A stretch of 64,000 nt of DNA from Verrucomicrobiota bacterium (GCA_033762115.1 JANRLX010000027.1:1-64000); one strand, 5' to 3'; positions 39,322 to 50,052 are shown, numbered from the stretch's first letter. Numbers and translations: made by a program. The notes: generated by a model from the letters alone, not told the origin.

Positions 39322-40124
39322 GCGATCGTCGCTCAAGAAAACCGATTGCCTTGACCATCGCTGGTTCGGACAGCGGCGGTGGAGCAGGTATCCAGGCGGA
39401 CCTGAAAACATTCGCGGCTCTCGCGGTTCACGGAACCAGCGTCATCACCTGTTTGACCGCGCAGAATCCGAAGGAAGTCCTGGCAGTGGAGGCCGCCAGC
39501 GGTTCTATAATTCAGGGTCAGCTGAAAGCTCTCTTTGCCGAATTGCCACCTCTTGCGGTGAAAACCGGAATGCTCTACTCGGTGGAAATTATCGAGGTGA
39601 TTGCGAAATTTTTTTGGGAGCAAAAACGGCGGCAAATTCCTTTGATTATTGATCCAGTGATGGTCGCGACCAGCGGAGCGAAACTGCTTCAACCCGCCGC
39701 GATCCAGGCGTTTCGCGACACATTGTTGCCGAGGGCCGCACTGGTCACGCCAAACCTGGATGAAACTGAGATGCTCCTTGGCCGAAGCATTGTCGATGTG
39801 GAAGGAATGCGGATTGCCGCGCGTGAATTACATGATCTGTTTGGCTGTGCTGCCTTGATCAAAGGGGGACATCTGAAAGGGATTCGGCAGGCAATCGATA
39901 TTTTTTACGATGGCCGCGAGGAGTTGTTACTGGATTCCGTCCGGATCAAGGGAGTTTCCACTCATGGCACCGGCTGCACCTATTCGGCTGCGATCACTGG
40001 TTATATTGCGCTTGGATGCAAAATTCCATACGCAGTCCAGTTGGGAAAAGAGTTCATCACCCAGGCGATCGCGCAAAGTTACTTTGCGGGAAAGCACTCG
40101 GTGCTGGAACCGTTCTGGGAATAA
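39318..40124 (+). CDS. thiD: hydroxymethylpyrimidine/phosphomethylpyrimidine kinase
   Basis: [39 protein letters not shown]. Confidence 0.95.
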   Translation: MSDRRSRKPIALTIAGSDSGGGAGIQADLKTFAALAVHGTSVITCLTAQNPKEVLAVEAASGSIIQGQLKALFAELPPLAVKTGMLYSVEIIEVIAKFFWEQKRRQIPLIIDPVMVATSGAKLLQPAAIQAFRDTLLPRAALVTPNLDETEMLLGRSIVDVEGMRIAARELHDLFGCAALIKGGHLKGIRQAIDIFYDGREELLLDSVRIKGVSTHGTGCTYSAAITGYIALGCKIPYAVQLGKEFITQAIAQSYFAGKHSVLEPFWE

Positions 40125-40127
40125 AAA

Positions 40128-41477
40128 TTAAACGGTGGCCGGATCTGGATGTGTCCATGGAGCGCGGTACGGGCGTGCCAGTCGCTTGTTGGCTTCTTCA
40201 TCGCCCACCACACGGCCCTTTACAGGGTCCCATTCGAGCGTGCGGCCGAGTTCCAGCGCCAGGTTCGCCAAAATACAAGCGGTGCTGGAGATGTAACCTT
40301 GCTCGATATCTGCGACCGGTTTGCTTCGTTTCTCGACCGCGGTGAGAAAATCCTTGATATGACGCCGCAGGGCAGGGGCAACGTGTTTCTCCAGATCTTT
40401 CTCGACTTTATCGATTGGATATTCTTCCAATTCCATTTTCACGTCTGCATGCACTGGCTGACCATTGTTGGGAATAAAGTCATACCCATTAACACTGACC
40501 TTTAATGTCCCTTTTTCTCCATAGAAAGTGGCGCCCCATGGGTATTTGGGATCAGCAGGAGCCCCGTAGCTGCGGTGCTGCCAGACCACTTGCAGGTCGC
40601 CATAATCGAAAACCGCCCCCTGGGTGTCGGTAATGTTTGCCTTGCTTTGTTTTTGTACAAGGATGCCACCGGTGGAACTGATCCGCTTTGGCCAGCCCAG
40701 TTCCATCATCCAGCGCACCATATCAAGCATGTGGATGCACATGTCCCCAAGAATGCCGTTTCCATATTCCATGAACGCCCGCCAGCCGCGAGGATGAACG
40801 ATTTTATTGAAGGGTCTCATCGGTGCTGGTCCCGTCCACATTTCATAATCCAGGTAATCAGGCGGTTGGATGTCCGGAGGATTTTCGCCTGCACGCATAT
40901 GGTAGTAACAGTAAATCTCCACATGCCCGATTTTCCCGAGAGCGCCTTCCCGAATAAAGCGGTCACGTGCTTCGATCAGGTGCGGTGTGCTGCGACGCTG
41001 GGTGTTTACCTGGACGACTTTGTTATATTTGCGGGCGGCGGCAAGCATCGCCTGTCCTTCAATCACATCCACCCCAACCGGCTTTTCCACATAAACATCG
41101 GCCCCTGATTTAACAGCTTCGATCATGGGCAAGGCATGCCAATGGTCAGGGGTGCCAATCATGACAATATCCAAATCCTTTTCCTTTAACATCTGGCGGT
41201 AATCGCCATAAGTGCGGGGACGTTTTTTTGACAATTGGCGGGCGGCGACCATGTCAGCGGCTTCGCTGAGCATGTTCTTATCCACATCACATAGGGAAAC
41301 GACTTCAACAGGGGCGACTTGAAGCATGCGAAACAGATCCGCTTTCCCGTACCATCCGGTTCCGATCAGACCCACCCGTTTCGGTTTTTGGTCAAGAAGT
41401 TCTGCTGCGTATCCATTTTTAATTGCGGACATGGCAACGCCAGCCGCGCTGATTTGAAGAAATGTGCGCCGGTTCAT
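40128..41477 (-). CDS. Tat-exported Gfo/Idh/MocA oxidoreductase
   Basis: MNRRTFL twin-arginine signal; GTPDHWH, VEKP, GDMCIH. Confidence 0.9.
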   Translation of the reverse strand: MNRRTFLQISAAGVAMSAIKNGYAAELLDQKPKRVGLIGTGWYGKADLFRMLQVAPVEVVSLCDVDKNMLSEAADMVAARQLSKKRPRTYGDYRQMLKEKDLDIVMIGTPDHWHALPMIEAVKSGADVYVEKPVGVDVIEGQAMLAAARKYNKVVQVNTQRRSTPHLIEARDRFIREGALGKIGHVEIYCYYHMRAGENPPDIQPPDYLDYEMWTGPAPMRPFNKIVHPRGWRAFMEYGNGILGDMCIHMLDMVRWMMELGWPKRISSTGGILVQKQSKANITDTQGAVFDYGDLQVVWQHRSYGAPADPKYPWGATFYGEKGTLKVSVNGYDFIPNNGQPVHADVKMELEEYPIDKVEKDLEKHVAPALRRHIKDFLTAVEKRSKPVADIEQGYISSTACILANLALELGRTLEWDPVKGRVVGDEEANKRLARPYRAPWTHPDPATV

Positions 41478-41540
41478 GCCTGTTTGTAGGCGGAGTGGGC
41501 GGTTGTGGCAAGCTTGAGTAGGCAGCGAACTGATTTGCGG

Positions 41541-41834
41541 CTATTGCGAAAGGGAAATAACCTCCCTGCTCGACCGTTCGCGGTGATCAATTTCCTCTTT
41601 AATTGCCTGCTGCCGTTTGGTTTTCGCCAATTCCTTCTCCAAATCGCTAACACGGCGAAAGAGCTTGGCGCGGTCCCATTCCAGGCCAGCAATCACGATG
41701 AACATCACACCAAGGACGAAGCTTCGATTACTGGCCATGTCCTGGCCGCTCATTCGCTCAACAATCCCACTGACAACGAGAAATCCAATTCCGAGAATAA
41801 GACAAATGATGGGACTGAGGTTGGCGGCTCTCAT
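41541..41834 (-). CDS. small 2-TM membrane protein with coiled-coil tail
   Basis: Two hydrophobic segments then a charged helical tail; fills intergenic gap. Confidence 0.55.
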   Translation of the reverse strand: MRAANLSPIICLILGIGFLVVSGIVERMSGQDMASNRSFVLGVMFIVIAGLEWDRAKLFRRVSDLEKELAKTKRQQAIKEEIDHRERSSREVISLSQ

Positions 41835-41910
41835 GCAATGTCCTGACAGGACATCTACTCATCGGATGGAATGCAGAAAAGCTTAAGGAAAATTTTTAAG
41901 AGTTTAAAAT

Positions 41911-41943
41911 AAAAAACCCTCCTGCCGGGAGCAGGAGGGTTTT
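41911..41943 (-). terminator. Rho-independent terminator of porin gene (bidirectional shape)
   Basis: aaaaccctcctgc-cggga-gcaggagggtttt with an A run on the + strand. Confidence 0.85.
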
Positions 41944-41957
41944 GAGATTCAAGTCGA

Positions 41958-43160
41958 TTAGAACTTGTAGATCACGTTCGCTGCCAGAGTCAGCGCATCG
42001 CGGTCCGCGTCAGTGCCACCGAACTGGCCAGGGCCGGAGAACATATGATCCCAGCGTGCTTCAGCGCGGGTGATCACATTGGCCCAGAGGCTGTAATCAG
42101 CAGTCAGGGTCACAGCTCCGAGTTCATTATCCTTATCAGCCAGGGCGATGGTACCTGCATCGTAGTAGGTGCCGTCATCTCCCTTGGTGTATTCACCACG
42201 TGCGTTCAGCTTCAACTTCTCAGATGCCTGGAAGGAAACATAAAGCGCAGCGGCCCATGCTTCGTTATCAGCAGCCAAAGCCACTGTTGGAGCATAACCG
42301 GCAGTGACAATTGCCGCACCGTCGTCGCGGAAGTCAAAAGCAGCTCCGACAGAGAGGCCTTCAACACCGGTCGAAAGGGTGGTTCCCAGGTAATAGCTGG
42401 TGACATCCTTCGCTGTTCCAGTGACTTCGCCATCGACAACACCAAGGTAAATCGCAGACCCGGCAAACAAACCGGCCGATTCTGGCAGGGTCAAAGTGAG
42501 CGAACCGAGGTAAGTCTTTGAAGCGTCTGAACTACCGCGGGTGTTGATGCCGCCAGTCCATTCATTGGCAACGCCAGCGCTGACGCTGATCATGTCGTTG
42601 ACATGGTAGCTCAGGAGCACGCCTGTGTGGTGAGTTGGCTCCAGGGCAAATCCGTAAGAGCGGCTGAAGTTCGGGTTATTGCCGGTTTCAAAAACCTCGT
42701 AACCGATGATCGTGTCCCAAACACCCATTTTGATGTCGAGGCCGTTGCCAACAGGAGCGCGCAGGGCGACATAAGCCTGTTTGACTGCCACATCATCAGC
42801 AAAGGTGGCACCAGCAGTGCCGTTCAGGCGGGTGCCGTACCAGTTTGCGTCAGGCCCAAAGATAAAGTCAGCCTTGTAACCGGCAGACCATTGGCCTTCA
42901 TCAAGCGGCTTTTCAAGCATCAGCTTCACAGCGTGCAAGTTAAAGCCGTCAACTTTATCACCACCATCAAATGAACGGCCAAAAAGAGCGCCGTTCGGCC
43001 CGTCGATCTTCCAGATCGCCGAGGTATCCACATAACCACTCAACGTGGTTGATGAGAGAGCAGTCATCACTTGACTCTGCTCTTCTGCTGCCTGGGCCGT
43101 TGAGGCCAGGCTTACCAAACCGACACCAGCTAAAGCCAGCGTCCATTTATTAAACTTCAT
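41958..43160 (-). CDS. outer-membrane porin (DUF1597/BBP2-like beta-barrel)
   Basis: SD aggagg, signal peptide AQA, LSGYVD, QAYV, IGYEV..NPNFSRS, terminal YKF. Confidence 0.82.
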   Translation of the reverse strand: MKFNKWTLALAGVGLVSLASTAQAAEEQSQVMTALSSTTLSGYVDTSAIWKIDGPNGALFGRSFDGGDKVDGFNLHAVKLMLEKPLDEGQWSAGYKADFIFGPDANWYGTRLNGTAGATFADDVAVKQAYVALRAPVGNGLDIKMGVWDTIIGYEVFETGNNPNFSRSYGFALEPTHHTGVLLSYHVNDMISVSAGVANEWTGGINTRGSSDASKTYLGSLTLTLPESAGLFAGSAIYLGVVDGEVTGTAKDVTSYYLGTTLSTGVEGLSVGAAFDFRDDGAAIVTAGYAPTVALAADNEAWAAALYVSFQASEKLKLNARGEYTKGDDGTYYDAGTIALADKDNELGAVTLTADYSLWANVITRAEARWDHMFSGPGQFGGTDADRDALTLAANVIYKF

Positions 43161-43497
43161 TCCAGGTTCCTCCTGCAGTGTTTTGTTTGTTTCGTTTAAT
43201 GCAGAGACAACCGCCAGGTTGGCTCATACACCAGACGGTGCATTTCGTGCGAAAATTAGGAAAAACCCTGATAGGCAGCAATCTTTTTTTTCCTATTATC
43301 TCCAGTTTTGCGATTGCGTTCCATGAATCAAACTCATTCCTGGGCTCTTTTGTGGGTCAAAATGTCTCTCCGGCCGGCCATCTTGAACTGGATCATTCCG
43401 TCCCTCCACACTTCAATTTCTCAACTCAATAAGCTTCATGGATAAGGATAACTTTTGACTTTGCCCTCCCCCCTCCTCCAATACTTCACTGGTCATC

Positions 43498-44739
43498 ATG
43501 GAACGTTTGCCCGGCTTTAGAGATTTTTATCCCGAACCACTTCCATATCCGGAAGCCTGGAGCGCGGATTTGCGTACTTATATATTCAGCACCTGGCGAT
43601 CTGTGGCGAAACGTTACGGATTCCGCGAATATGATGGGCCTCCATTGGAATCCCTTGAGCTTTTCACCACCAAGAGCGGTGAGGAGATCGTTGGTCAGTT
43701 ATATAATTTCATCGACAAGGGGGAACGCGCCGTGGCGTTGCGCCCGGAGATGACCCCAACTCTGGCGCGAATGGTTGCCAGCACAGAACGGCAGTACAAG
43801 AAGCCGATCAAGTGGTTTGCGATTCCCCAATTATTTCGTTACGAGAGGCAACAGAAGGGCCGTCTCAGGGAACATTTTCAGTTCAACGCGGACATTTTTG
43901 GTGAAAGTGGCACCTCCGCGGATGGAGAGCTGGTAGCGCTGTTGATTGACAGCTTGCGGGCATTTGGCCTGACGGAGGAAGATTTCGTGATTCGTTTAAG
44001 CAGTCGCAATGCCTGGCGCGATTTTTTCGCCAAACATAGCTCTGAAAACTCCAATGAGTATGCCTTTTACCAGGCAGTTGACAAAATCGAGCGGGATTCA
44101 GCTGAGGAAAGTGAAAAAAAATTTGCTGCGGTGGGATTTAAAAGAGAACAGGTCGTTGAATTTATCAATGCAGCCACACCCACCGAAGAACTGGCGGCGG
44201 TCATTGCAGACCTGACCGCGCGCGGTTTGGGGAATTATGTGCGGATCGATTATAACGTGATTCGCGGCCTGGCTTATTATACCGGGGTGGTTTTTGAAGC
44301 ATTCGACCGGAAGGGGGAATTCCGGGCCATTGCTGGAGGGGGGCGTTACGACAACCTTGTCGGCCTCATTTCGGGAGAGAAGGTCAAGCTGGCCGGGCTT
44401 GGGTTTGGAATGGGGGATGTTGTTCTCGCGGAATTATTGAAAAAACGGGAGTTGATTCCACGATTTCAAAGCGGAATTGAAGTTTATTTTGCCATTACAG
44501 ATGAAACCGTAAGGGCCACATCACTTTCATTTGTGCAGCAGTTGCGCCAGGGTGGCATTTCCACCGATTACTCCTTCACCCCCGCAAAATATGACAAACA
44601 ATTGAAACGAGCGATAGAGCTTGGCGCAAAAGCTTTAGCCGAGGTGGTCGGCAGCCAGATTAAAGTCAAGAATCTGGCAACTCGTGAAGAGCAACTGATG
44701 AGTAGCCCGGCATTGATCGAATGGTTGAAGAAAACGTAG
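43498..44739 (+). CDS. hisS: histidine--tRNA ligase
   Basis: PGFRDF, LRPEMTP, FRYERQQKGRLREHFQ, RGLAYYTG, GGGRYDNL. Confidence 0.97.
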   Translation: MERLPGFRDFYPEPLPYPEAWSADLRTYIFSTWRSVAKRYGFREYDGPPLESLELFTTKSGEEIVGQLYNFIDKGERAVALRPEMTPTLARMVASTERQYKKPIKWFAIPQLFRYERQQKGRLREHFQFNADIFGESGTSADGELVALLIDSLRAFGLTEEDFVIRLSSRNAWRDFFAKHSSENSNEYAFYQAVDKIERDSAEESEKKFAAVGFKREQVVEFINAATPTEELAAVIADLTARGLGNYVRIDYNVIRGLAYYTGVVFEAFDRKGEFRAIAGGGRYDNLVGLISGEKVKLAGLGFGMGDVVLAELLKKRELIPRFQSGIEVYFAITDETVRATSLSFVQQLRQGGISTDYSFTPAKYDKQLKRAIELGAKALAEVVGSQIKVKNLATREEQLMSSPALIEWLKKT

Positions 44740-44783
44740 CGCGTTTTATTTGGCGGAAACGATCTTTTCGTTACAATTAATCC

Positions 44784-47750
44784 ATGAATCCATCTCTCGC
44801 ATGTCGGGTTTGGTTAATTTTTGCATCGGGAATTTTCCTGTTATTTTCAAGCAGGACGGTTTCGGCAGCAGAAGAAGCGAGTGCTCCTGTGCCATTGAGT
44901 GAAGCGGCTGGCCGGATGAATTATCCGGAAGGATTTCGGGTGACGTTATTTGCAGGAGAACCAGATATTGTCCAACCAATTGCCATGGCTTTTGATCCTC
45001 GGGGAAGGCTTTGGGTGGTCGAATGTCTCAGTTATCCGCAATGGACCACGAATCAAACAGGAGGGGACCGGGTCCTGATTTTTGAAGACAAAAACAATGA
45101 TGGTAAATTCGATACACGCAAAGTGTTTCTGGAAAATGGACGAAACCTCACCGGGATTGCATTTGGTTTTGATGGTGTTTTCCTTTGCTCCAGTCCCGAG
45201 CTGATTTTTGTTGCGGACAAAAATGGCGATGATTTGCCGGATGGTCCTCCGGAAGCATTGCTGGACGGCTGGAGCATTACAGCCAAGCATAATGTTTTTA
45301 ATGGACTTGCCTGGGGTCCTGACGGCTGGCTCTACGGTTCCAACGGCATCCTGGACACCTCAAAAGTCGGTAAACCGGGTGCTTCAGATGCGGAGCGAGT
45401 GGCAGTCAGTTGCGGTGTCTGGCGGTATCACCCAGTTAAAAGAAAATTTGAAGTTGTCGCGCGCGGTTCCACCAATCCCTGGGGCGTTGCATTCGATGAA
45501 AATGGACAGGCTTTTGTTGCCAATTGTGTCATCAAGCATCTTTTCCACATGGTCCCCGGCGGACGGTATGAGAGGATGTACGGTCAGGATGCGAACCCGT
45601 TATCCTTCCATCTGATTCCAAGCTGCGCCGACCACATTCATTGGGCAGGCGGGTTTTGGAAAACTGAAGGGGCGGAACATTCTCAAAATGATTCGGCTGG
45701 CGGGGGGCATGCCCATTCAGGCGCTTTGATTTACCTGGGAGATAATTGGCCGGACCGCTACCGGGGTCACTTTTTCACCCTCAACATTCATGGGCACCGG
45801 ATTAACAATGACCAATTGATCCGGAACGGGTCTGGATTTTCAGCGAGGCATCGCCCCGATTTTTTAAAGGCCAATGATGACTGGTTCCGGGGAGTGGCGC
45901 TTGCAGCCGCCCCGGACGGATCGGTTTTCATGTGTGACTGGAGTGACGCGGGTGAATGCCATGATTACGTGGATATTCATCGTGAGAATGGGCGAATTTA
46001 CAAGATTTTCCATGGTCAGCCGAAAGCCGTGTCTCGAAATGTGGGAGCAATGACGGACAATGAACTGATCAAGCTTCAGCTGGAGAAGAATGAGTGGCTG
46101 GTCACGGCATCGCGGCTTGAGCTTCAAAAACGCTTTGCCAGCGGAGCGTTGAAACCGGGAGCAGCGGACGCTCTCAAGGAATTGATGCGAACGGACAATG
46201 ATGCCCGACGTCAGCTTCGTTTTTTGTGGGCACTCCATACCATCGGTGGACTTGACTCGACATTTGCGGAACAGGCGTTGAAATCTCCAGCGGAATATGT
46301 TCGGGCCTGGGCGGTTCAGTTAAGCATCGAAAATGGAGCGACTCCAGAGCTTTTGAAACAGTTCGCTGAAATGGCCGAATCAGATCGGTCGCCGGTCGTT
46401 CGGTTATATCTCGCCTCGGCATTGCAAAAACTGGGGTTAAAGGAAGGGTCTCCCATCGCGACTGGCCTGGTGAAACATGCTGGAGATGCTGCTGACCCGA
46501 ACCTTCCCTCAATGATCTGGTATGGGATTGAGCCGATGATTTCGAATGAAGCAACGCTGGTCGAACCGCTTCTGCTGGCCGCGCGAATTCCGCAGGTCAT
46601 CCGGTATATTGCCCAACGACTGGCCCTGCGCGAACAATTCGCCCCGATCATCACCGCGCTCAAGCTGCGAAATCCTGCGACAGAGGTTGAACTGGTTCGC
46701 GGACTTTACGATGCACTCAATGGGCGCAGAAACATCACCGCCCCAGTTGGGTGGGAAGATGTAGAAGGTCAATTGCTCAGGCATGGCCATGCAGAAACGA
46801 GGGAGCAGGCGCTGGGCCTGGGGTTGATCTTCAATCGCCCAGCGGCATTGAAGGAGATGCGGGCTCGGATCATTGATGGGCGGGGCACGCTGAAGGAAAA
46901 ACAGCAATCCATTGACGCATTGATCTCTGCGCGGCCTGAAGGGGTGATCGAGTTGCTGCGTTCTGCGTTCGAGGATAAAAATATTCGTGCCTCGGTCATT
47001 CGCGGATTGGCCGCAGTAGAGGATCCTCGTACCCCGGAACTGCTTCTCACAAATTATTCCACCTTCAACACCGAAGAAAAAATCCAGGCAATCAACACCC
47101 TCTCAACCCGTCCTCGCTATGCGGAGCCATTGCTGATGGCGATGAAGAGCGGAACCATTCCAGTGAGGGATGTTTCTCCCTTTAATGCGAGACAGATTCT
47201 TGCCCACAAGGATGAAAAAATCACTGGTTTACTGAAAGATGTGGTTGGCGAGGTCCGAAGGGTAGGTGAAGAAAAAGCCGCCCAGGTGGAGGCTTATAAA
47301 AAAATGCTTCAGCCAGGATTGCTTCAGCAGGCAGACCTGCGACATGGAAGGCAATTGTTTGAAAAAACCTGCGCTGCCTGTCACACCCTTTTTGGAGTGG
47401 GAGGAAAACTCGCTCCTGAATTAACCGGTTCGCAGCGTTCCAGCCTGGATTATCTGCTGGAGAATATCGTCGATCCGAACGCGGTCGTTTGGGACATTTA
47501 CAAGGCCACCTACTTTGAGACAGCCGATGATCGATTGATCTCGGGGATTGTTCTGCGCGAGAATGAAAGTACTGTCACGATCCAGACTCAGGATAATGTG
47601 GTTACCCTGCCCAGGAACGACATCACTTCGCGGCAAAACTCATCATTGTCCTTGATGCCTGAAGGATTGCTTGATCCATTGACTGAACAGGAAGTCATTG
47701 ACCTGATCGCTTATTTACAAAGCCCGAGCCAGGTGTCATTGCCCAGGTAA
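44784..47750 (+). CDS. PVC-type membrane dehydrogenase-like protein with cytochrome c domain
   Basis: FAGEPDIVQPIA, TNPWG, GGHAHSG, HEAT repeats, CAACH, SLMPEG. Confidence 0.87.
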   Translation: MNPSLACRVWLIFASGIFLLFSSRTVSAAEEASAPVPLSEAAGRMNYPEGFRVTLFAGEPDIVQPIAMAFDPRGRLWVVECLSYPQWTTNQTGGDRVLIFEDKNNDGKFDTRKVFLENGRNLTGIAFGFDGVFLCSSPELIFVADKNGDDLPDGPPEALLDGWSITAKHNVFNGLAWGPDGWLYGSNGILDTSKVGKPGASDAERVAVSCGVWRYHPVKRKFEVVARGSTNPWGVAFDENGQAFVANCVIKHLFHMVPGGRYERMYGQDANPLSFHLIPSCADHIHWAGGFWKTEGAEHSQNDSAGGGHAHSGALIYLGDNWPDRYRGHFFTLNIHGHRINNDQLIRNGSGFSARHRPDFLKANDDWFRGVALAAAPDGSVFMCDWSDAGECHDYVDIHRENGRIYKIFHGQPKAVSRNVGAMTDNELIKLQLEKNEWLVTASRLELQKRFASGALKPGAADALKELMRTDNDARRQLRFLWALHTIGGLDSTFAEQALKSPAEYVRAWAVQLSIENGATPELLKQFAEMAESDRSPVVRLYLASALQKLGLKEGSPIATGLVKHAGDAADPNLPSMIWYGIEPMISNEATLVEPLLLAARIPQVIRYIAQRLALREQFAPIITALKLRNPATEVELVRGLYDALNGRRNITAPVGWEDVEGQLLRHGHAETREQALGLGLIFNRPAALKEMRARIIDGRGTLKEKQQSIDALISARPEGVIELLRSAFEDKNIRASVIRGLAAVEDPRTPELLLTNYSTFNTEEKIQAINTLSTRPRYAEPLLMAMKSGTIPVRDVSPFNARQILAHKDEKITGLLKDVVGEVRRVGEEKAAQVEAYKKMLQPGLLQQADLRHGRQLFEKTCAACHTLFGVGGKLAPELTGSQRSSLDYLLENIVDPNAVVWDIYKATYFETADDRLISGIVLRENESTVTIQTQDNVVTLPRNDITSRQNSSLSLMPEGLLDPLTEQEVIDLIAYLQSPSQVSLPR

Positions 47751-47753
47751 TTC

Positions 47754-48722
47754 ATGTTAAAAAAGTTAGCTCTGCCCCTCTGCAGAATTGCCTGGCGTTT
47801 TCCGGGAGCGCGATTGGCAACTCCAGAGGTGCCGATAGTGCTCCTCTATCATGAGGTGCCCCGGTCGCGACCGGGAGGGGTGGAAGCGAAATCGTTTGAA
47901 GAGCATGTAAAATTTCTTCAAAAAAATTTTGAGCTTGTTGCGCCGGGTGATGTCGGCACCAGAAAGTCAGGACGAACACGGGTGATGTTGACCTTCGATG
48001 ACGGGTTCAAAAATAACGCTGAAGTGGTTGCTCCCATTTTGAAAAAAGAGCGAGTCCCGGCGCTTTTTTTCATCAGTTCAAGGCATTGCGAGAGGGGGAA
48101 ATATCTTTGGTTCCATTATCTGCGCGGATTGGAACGTTACTTCACGGGCAATGGCTTCAATTATCAGGGTGAATTTTGGGAAATGCGTCCGGAAAAGCGG
48201 CGCGAGACGATGGCTCGTCTTTGGAAACACCTGGTCGAACTAAAGCCTCATCCTGCGGCCATGTACGAAGCGATTGACCAGCAACTGCCGAAGCTGGGAG
48301 ATTTTATTCCGCAAAGCACCTTGGATGATTTTTTTGAGGGCATGACTCCGGAACAGGTGGGCGAGCTTGCTTCAGATCCGCTTTTCACCGTCGGTAATCA
48401 TACCCATGATCATCCTTATCTCACCCAATGCGACCTGCGGGTAGCTGAGGAGCAAATTCTTCGGAACAAAATCTGGCTGGAAAAACATACGGGAAAGCCT
48501 TGCGATATTATTTCCTACCCGATTGGGGATTACAACCAGCAGATACTTGAAACAAGCGTCAAGCTCGGTTTTCACACGGGCCATGCTGTCCAACCTTCGA
48601 TTGGAAAAGTTCCTGCGATGGAAATTGAACGGCTGGGGATCTACTCAGCCTCGACCGATTTACTTGGATTCAAGGTGACGTATGGGCTTTTCCTCAGGAA
48701 ACTGGGACTAAAGCTTGGCTAG
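47754..48722 (+). CDS. polysaccharide deacetylase (CE4/NodB, PgaB/IcaB-like)
   Basis: LLYH, LTFDDG, HTHDH, SYPIG. Confidence 0.88.
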   Translation: MLKKLALPLCRIAWRFPGARLATPEVPIVLLYHEVPRSRPGGVEAKSFEEHVKFLQKNFELVAPGDVGTRKSGRTRVMLTFDDGFKNNAEVVAPILKKERVPALFFISSRHCERGKYLWFHYLRGLERYFTGNGFNYQGEFWEMRPEKRRETMARLWKHLVELKPHPAAMYEAIDQQLPKLGDFIPQSTLDDFFEGMTPEQVGELASDPLFTVGNHTHDHPYLTQCDLRVAEEQILRNKIWLEKHTGKPCDIISYPIGDYNQQILETSVKLGFHTGHAVQPSIGKVPAMEIERLGIYSASTDLLGFKVTYGLFLRKLGLKLG

Positions 48723-48724
48723 TC

Positions 48725-49495
48725 ATGCGCATTGTTTTTTATACAAACCGATCCTATCAGCAGGACCCGCTCTTCAATTACATTTACGCCCATGTTGCCG
48801 CGCATTATCCGGATCATCATATTGTAGCCGCCATTCCGAAACGGACAGGAAAACTTTCCCGCCATTTCAAAAAATTCCGGAAGCTGGGTCTCCTGCAATC
48901 CCTTGAGGTACTCTCCTCATACCCGCTTGCGTCCCATTTCCTGAAAAAAGACCGGGCGGAGTTGAATCTCTGCCTCAATGCCCTGGCCCGACCACAATGC
49001 GATCTTGAAAAAACTCCGAGCGCAACGGTGCATTCGATCAATGGCCCAGATGCCGTTGAAACCATTCGTTCGTTGTCATCTGATATCATCCTGCAAAGCG
49101 GGGCAGGAATTTTGCGCCCACAAATTTTTCAATTAGCCAAAATCGCCACCCTCAACATGCATCACGGGATCGCTCCGCTGATCAAAGGAATGAGTTCGAT
49201 CTACTGGGGGCTTTACGAGGGGAAGCCGGAATGGCTCGGGGCCACCATTCATGAAGTCGATGAGGGTATCGATACAGGTCGTGTGCTGGCTTATGCGCCG
49301 ATAAAGCAACAGGGCGATGAACGGTTTCCACAATTATTCTGCAAGGCCACGGAGGAGGGGGTGGTGCAATTATTGCAGGTGCTCAAGCGCCTGGAAAAAG
49401 GAGAGCGCTGGACTGTCCCTTTACCTCCAGGCACGCACGAATATCGCAGCACAATTTCCGGCTGGAAGCTTCTGCGAATCAAACTACGGAATTAA
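48725..49495 (+). CDS. formyltransferase (10-formyl-THF dependent)
   Basis: LNMHHGIAP..KG, GATIHEVDEGIDTG. Confidence 0.85.
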   Translation: MRIVFYTNRSYQQDPLFNYIYAHVAAHYPDHHIVAAIPKRTGKLSRHFKKFRKLGLLQSLEVLSSYPLASHFLKKDRAELNLCLNALARPQCDLEKTPSATVHSINGPDAVETIRSLSSDIILQSGAGILRPQIFQLAKIATLNMHHGIAPLIKGMSSIYWGLYEGKPEWLGATIHEVDEGIDTGRVLAYAPIKQQGDERFPQLFCKATEEGVVQLLQVLKRLEKGERWTVPLPPGTHEYRSTISGWKLLRIKLRN

Positions 49496-49503
49496 CAATT
49501 CCA

Positions 49504-49878
49504 TTAACCTCCAGCGAAAACCGGGCGAAAACCCGCAGCCTCAAGTATTTTGGCTACTTCAGCCCGTTTATCCCCCTGGATTTCGATCTGGCCATCCTTC
49601 ACTGTACCGCCTGTTCCGCAGCTCTTTTGCATCTCCCGGGCGAGCTTTTCCTTTTCTGGAAGACCAATGCCCATAAAATTTTTCACCACGGTCACTGTTT
49701 TTCCTCCCCGGCCAGCTTTCTGCCGCACAATGTCAACTCGGCCTCGATTTTTCCGGGGACGGTCAGATGCGAGTTCCTGTGGCGAACTGTCCACAGGACC
49801 AGGCGGCAATCCTTCACTGCTTAATGCAGCAAAAGGATTAACTTCAAAACTGCCATTGCTCTGATCCTTGGGAATCAT
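49504..49878 (-). CDS. yciH: SUI1/YciH translation initiation factor homolog
   Basis: GRGGKTVTVV, CGTGGTVKDGQIEIQGD. Confidence 0.9.
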   Translation of the reverse strand: MIPKDQSNGSFEVNPFAALSSEGLPPGPVDSSPQELASDRPRKNRGRVDIVRQKAGRGGKTVTVVKNFMGIGLPEKEKLAREMQKSCGTGGTVKDGQIEIQGDKRAEVAKILEAAGFRPVFAGG

Positions 49879-49957
49879 GCCATTCAATTTAAGGCAGCAT
49901 AATCGGAGCGCCAGCCTCAAGTGGATAACTGAAAGTGGGCGATTCGGGGGTGAAAGC

Positions 49958-49973
49958 TGGCCCGAATTATGCT
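49958..49973 (+). promoter_or_regulatory. sigma54-like -24/-12 promoter
   Basis: TGGCCCGAATTATGCT vs consensus TGGCACG-N4-TTGCW, correct GG-N10-GC spacing. Confidence 0.55.
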
Positions 49974-50017
49974 AAGTTTTCAGTGGGGTAATGGGTGAAA
50001 AATTCTTAAAATTTTTC

Positions 50018-50046
50018 TTTACAGTCGTGTGACTTTTTCTTACCGT
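50018..50046 (+). promoter_or_regulatory. sigma70-like promoter
   Basis: TTTACA -17- TACCGT preceded by an AT-rich UP-like tract. Confidence 0.5.
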
Positions 50047-50052
50047 TGAACC

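Noticed and set aside
41839..41853. Verrucomicrobial LexA box (TGTTC-N4-GAACA)
   Set aside because: Site is TGTCC-N5-GGACA: wrong spacer and two mismatches
43226..43252. NtrC-like site / sigma54 promoter upstream of the porin
   Set aside because: tgcacc-gtc-tggtgta is one base short of consensus spacing, and the GG-GC spacing is wrong for sigma54
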